The notes under the pieces are model-generated. The model searched no databases. It was not told where the DNA came from and saw nothing but the letters and a program-made list of their open reading frames with translations. A DNA stretch of 64,000 nt from Candidatus Altimarinota bacterium (lineage in GTDB: Bacteria; Patescibacteriota; Gracilibacteria; CAIRYL01), in contig OZ252287.1 in NCBI GenBank assembly GCA_965250085.1, forward strand, positions 288,001 through 352,000, in the 5' to 3' direction. The position numbers were made by a program, and so were the translations under genes. This document shows positions 60,279 to 64,000 of the stretch, piece after piece (within the stretch, counting starts at the first letter, position 1; each line of letters opens with the position of its first letter).

Positions 60279-61097
60279 ATGACAAAACTCTCCAAATCCA
60301 TCGCCGGCAAAATCAAAAAAGAAGAGATTCAACCAGATCCACATTGGAAATTCCTTTTAAAACACGGTTCATTCTGGGGTCTTTTTGCTGGCGCTCTTTT
60401 GATTGGAGCTGTCGCATTTTCTGTAATCCTGTTTGTATTCTCCGAGGCAGACTTTGAACTTTTGCAGCATGTCACACGAGGGAGATTCGGTGGTGCCATC
60501 ACTCATCTTTTAGTGTTTTGGGGTATCTTCTTTGGCATCTTTTTGGGACTCGCTTTCTACGGGGCCCGCCACACCAAAAAAGGATATCGGTTTCCTCTCT
60601 GGAAACTAGTCAGTGCTAATGTACTGGGAAGCATCATTTTGGGGGGGATTGCTTATGGCTTTGGTGGAGCTGAGCACTTTGAACATTCAATCGGAAAACG
60701 TATACCGGGATATACAATGTTTGAACATCATCAAACAGAAATGTGGTCCCAGCCTGAAGATGGACTCCTGGCGGGCACTATTGTAGAAATTACAGAAGAG
60801 ACCATTCTTATTTTAGAAGATTTGGGAGAAAAAAAATGGGAAGTTTCCCTCATTTTAAAGCGCCCCATGGATAGAGGAATCAGGACGGACAAAAAATTGA
60901 TCGGACGAAAGATTAAACTGATAGGAACAAAAACCAGTGACAGTACTTTTGAAGCAAATCGTATTCTGCCATGGAAACGACATCGGCCTCCATTCCGAAA
61001 AAATGGAGAACGCCCTGAAGAACACTTGATGGAGATGATGAGGATTCAAGGAGGAGAAGAACCGATCATTCCTCTGCCTCCTCAGGAAAGAAAATAA
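60279..61097 (+). CDS. Membrane protein, probable anti-sigma partner
   Basis: Starts 3 bp after the ECF gene; three TM helices plus an extracytoplasmic domain. Confidence 0.65.
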   Translation: MTKLSKSIAGKIKKEEIQPDPHWKFLLKHGSFWGLFAGALLIGAVAFSVILFVFSEADFELLQHVTRGRFGGAITHLLVFWGIFFGIFLGLAFYGARHTKKGYRFPLWKLVSANVLGSIILGGIAYGFGGAEHFEHSIGKRIPGYTMFEHHQTEMWSQPEDGLLAGTIVEITEETILILEDLGEKKWEVSLILKRPMDRGIRTDKKLIGRKIKLIGTKTSDSTFEANRILPWKRHRPPFRKNGERPEEHLMEMMRIQGGEEPIIPLPPQERK

Positions 61098-61102
61098 TTT
61101 TT

Positions 61103-61129
61103 TGAAAGGAATAAAATTCGTATGCGTAT
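61103..61129 (+). promoter_or_regulatory. Putative ECF-type promoter
   Basis: TGAAAG-16 bp-CGTAT upstream of the gene at 61183. Confidence 0.55.
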
Positions 61130-61182
61130 CAAGGGGTGGACTAGCCCACTTCATATATTTTTTTCTTTTAATTATTTTTACT

Positions 61183-61953
61183 ATGAAAGCATTTACATTA
61201 TTCCGAACTGGAATCGTTGCCATCATCATGATGGCAATTCTTATCACCGGCATGAGCGTGTCAGCTCAGGAGGAAATCATCCCTGAAAACTTTGGTCTTA
61301 ATATCACAGCAGACCAGCTAAGCGAAATCAAAACCGCTATGCAAAATAGAGACAAAGAAACCGTACAAGCACTTTTTGAAGAATATGATATCAGCATGGG
61401 GGACCTTATGAAATTTCGCCAAGCTTATAAGAAAGGCCACCGTGGACCTTCTGAAGAAGTGAAAGCGGCTCTTGAATCTGGAGACTATGCCGCATTTCAA
61501 GAAGCAATAAGAGAAGATGGTCCTTTCGCAGAAGCCATCGATAGCGAAGATAAATTTGCTCAACTCATCGCTCTTCACGAAGCAAAACAAGATGGAGATC
61601 GAGAAACCGCTCAGCAAATTGCTGATGAGCTCGGACTCAAAAAGCCAGGACGCTCACACAAGGGTTTTGGATCTCAACTTTCTGAAGAAGAACGCGCTGC
61701 TGCTAAAGAAGCAGTTCAGAATGGAGATTACAACGCTTGGATCTCGATAGTGGGATCAGACAGTAAGATTGCAGAGAAGGTGACCACAGAAAATTTTAGT
61801 GATTTTCAGGCACTCCACGAAGCCAGAGAAAATGGAGACAAAGAAACAGCCCGGAAAATCGCTGATGAACTTGAACTCAAGCGCCATGGACATGGACACG
61901 GAGGAAAGGGTGGTCGCTTTAAAGGACCAAACGACCAAAGCGATACCAACTAA
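61183..61953 (+). CDS. Secreted helical protein with two internal repeats
   Basis: Signal peptide (..VSA|QEE); repeated A..GDY.A..(F/W)..LHEA..GD.ETA..IADEL.LK. Confidence 0.8.
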   Translation: MKAFTLFRTGIVAIIMMAILITGMSVSAQEEIIPENFGLNITADQLSEIKTAMQNRDKETVQALFEEYDISMGDLMKFRQAYKKGHRGPSEEVKAALESGDYAAFQEAIREDGPFAEAIDSEDKFAQLIALHEAKQDGDRETAQQIADELGLKKPGRSHKGFGSQLSEEERAAAKEAVQNGDYNAWISIVGSDSKIAEKVTTENFSDFQALHEARENGDKETARKIADELELKRHGHGHGGKGGRFKGPNDQSDTN

Positions 61954-61989
61954 GCATACTTCTCTTTTGGGGAAAAGAGAAAAGGGATA

Positions 61990-62019
61990 AAAAAGAGGTC
62001 AGTAAATGACCTCTTTTTT
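61990..62019 (+). terminator. Intrinsic terminator
   Basis: aaaagaggtca-gtaaa-tgacctctttttt. Confidence 0.75.
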
Positions 62020-62388
62020 GTAAAACACGGAAAATAGCTTACATAAACCATAAAACAAAACTGCCCTTCGACAAGCTCAGGACATTCGACTCGATAAAAA
62101 CGATTCTATGGTTGGAAACCATGAGCGAATCCGCTTTAGCAGATGAGTCGAATGGTGGAGCAGTTGCACAAATCTTAGAACCGCTTATTGACCTATTCCG
62201 ACTAGATAGAAAAGTGCTTACCTTAGTCAATGGGTTTACTGCCTACTGTCAGAATACCTTTGTGCTAAAAATCCCGCAACCCGTTGTATCGCCAATTGAT
62301 GGGTATTATTATCCATAACCTCAGGGGGACTAGAACTTATAGTAATAGATAGTATAATAGAGATAGAAGACTACAATTATCAATTTCT

Positions 62389-62601
62389 ATGACTAAACCA
62401 AAAAGATACACAACCGAACTTGCGCCAGAAGGTTTTCAATACAAGCCTGCCTGTGGAACTGTAAATGGTGACGGGAGTGTTACTGTTTCTGGATACAATA
62501 TGCAGCAGAAGGATATTGATGAGTATGGAGCTTCATACAAGAATCTTGATGATGTATTCAAAGAGATTGAAGAAGGTATGGAAAGTGAAGGAAAAAAGTA
62601 A
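62389..62601 (+). CDS. Small hypothetical protein
   Basis: 70-aa ORF with protein-like composition. Confidence 0.55.
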   Translation: MTKPKRYTTELAPEGFQYKPACGTVNGDGSVTVSGYNMQQKDIDEYGASYKNLDDVFKEIEEGMESEGKK

Positions 62602-62950
62602 TAAGTGTCGGAAGCCTAAAAATTTCCCAACATGGGGTTTGTGGCTAAAACAAAACAAAAACTCCTGTTTTTGAGAAAATGATAAGTGTTGGAAAAGACA
62701 GTTATTTGCACTTTTTCACCTATTTCAACAACCCAGAATAACTATGAATAAAACAAACCTATCCAGACGCCAAAAGTGACAAAAATCCATCTGCCAAAAC
62801 TAACAAAAACGTGTTTTTTGCACAGCCGTTAGCCAAAAAAGCTTTACGTTCGAAGTTGCCGCCTGCTAAAGTTTACTTAGAACAACCAAAAACTACGCCT
62901 ACGAAAGAGGGCGTCTTTTCAATGTAACCTAAGTTTTAACCTTCAAACCT

Positions 62951-63547
62951 ATGAAATTTCAACTAAGAACCAAGAACGACTATCCGTTATTTGAAGTAAC
63001 CTCTGCTTTCCAGAAGTCTGTTCGTAGAGGATTAGAAGAGGAAGCAATGTACTGGGCGATGGAGATGGAAGAAAAATACCATGCCTATCTTTGGAAGCGT
63101 GTCACAGTTATTGCTTCGGAAGATATTGGATTAGCTGATAACGGTATGGCAATCCTTATCAGTTCCCTTAAAGCCAATTATGAAGAAGCAAAGAAAAAGG
63201 ATAGAGACGAACGTCTTCTCTTTGTATCGCATGCAATTCTTGCTCTTTGTCGGTCACGAAAGTCCAGAGAGGTAGATGAGTTCATTCATCATTACATCAT
63301 CAATCACACCAGTCTTTACAAAACACCCGAGAAAATGTCCATTCCTGAGTTCGCATACGATAAGCACACAGCTAAGGGTAAACGCATGGGCAAAGGAATG
63401 GCTCACTTTTGGACTGAAGGTGCAACGCTTGCAAATGATATCGGAGGAAGCCAGTACAAAGATTTTGTTACAGAGTTTTACAAGACAGAGCCAAAGCCAA
63501 AAGAGAAAGTTGAATTAGAAGAAAAACAAAATAAATTGTTTGAATAA
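62951..63547 (+). CDS. Stand-alone RarA/MgsA C-terminal-like helical domain protein
   Basis: SAFQKSVRRG..EAMYW, LWKR..VIASEDIG and DKHT..G; no Walker A motif. Confidence 0.7.
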   Translation: MKFQLRTKNDYPLFEVTSAFQKSVRRGLEEEAMYWAMEMEEKYHAYLWKRVTVIASEDIGLADNGMAILISSLKANYEEAKKKDRDERLLFVSHAILALCRSRKSREVDEFIHHYIINHTSLYKTPEKMSIPEFAYDKHTAKGKRMGKGMAHFWTEGATLANDIGGSQYKDFVTEFYKTEPKPKEKVELEEKQNKLFE

Positions 63548-63564
63548 CATTAACCTTTAATCCT

Positions 63565-64000
63565 ATGAAAACCGCAATCTATGCACGTATTTCGACCACA
63601 GACAAAGGTCAGGATGTTGATACTCAGCTCATACCACTCAAAGAATATATAGAACGTAGAGGCTGGGAAACATTCAATATCTACGTTGATGAAATGAGTG
63701 GGAGTAAAGAAAATCGACCTTCCCTTAATGAATTGATGAAGGATGCACATAAGAAAAAGTTCGATGTTGTACTTTGTTTCCGCTTCGACCGTTTTGCACG
63801 GTCTACAAAGCAGTTAATCAATGCGCTCGATACTTTTAACAGTCTGGGAGTCGATTTCGTAAGCTATCAGGAAGCCATTGATACAACTACACCAGCCGGT
63901 CAGATGATGTTTACTATGATTGCTGGATTCGCAACTTTCGAGAGACAAATTATACAAGAGCGAGTCAAAGCAGGTCTTATTAAGGCAAGGGCTAAAGGTA
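63565..64000 (+). CDS. Serine recombinase / resolvase (3'-partial; absent from the ORF track)
   Basis: My translation: MKTAIYARISTTDKGQDVDTQL..SGSKENRPSL..FDRFARS..IDTTTPAG..FERQIIQERVKAGL. Confidence 0.92.
   Translation, partial: MKTAIYARISTTDKGQDVDTQLIPLKEYIERRGWETFNIYVDEMSGSKENRPSLNELMKDAHKKKFDVVLCFRFDRFARSTKQLINALDTFNSLGVDFVSYQEAIDTTTPAGQMMFTMIAGFATFERQIIQERVKAGLIKARAKG

Overview
AT-rich bacterial chromosome segment read with the standard code (no in-frame TGA in long genes). The gene style (SLH/cadherin surface protein, type IV pilins, ComF, scattered ribosomal genes, many orphans, almost no Shine-Dalgarno motifs) suggests a Patescibacteria/CPR, Peregrinibacteria-like organism; this assignment is inference. 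Housekeeping genes include lepA, prs, murE-like, tuf-rpsJ, miaA, secE-nusG, rplK, ispE, dnaK (with a perfect CIRCE), gyrB, lemA-htpX, ribBA, rplI and secG. There are two tRNAs, two complete IS elements (IS30 and IS1595/IS1016, both with IRs and TSDs), and a complete histidine operon with a HisH-HisA-HisF triple fusion whose HisA/HisF linker is a REP-like palindrome. The main finding is an ~8.2 kb GC-richer island (45367-53614) integrated at the 3' end of tRNA-Ile2(CAU). Its attachment site lies inside its own large serine recombinase gene: the integrated enzyme ends in antisense-tRNA sequence (..VDPAGFEPATNRL), whereas circularisation would join on, in frame, a 27-aa tail parked at the other end (..VDLVTSQINPVAEELRRWEIVLRGEKPAA). 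The same island carries a second, apparently unused integration module (tyrosine integrase plus tRNA-Thr-type attP with both arm repeats). A possible second element of similar design starts at ~62153 and runs off the window.
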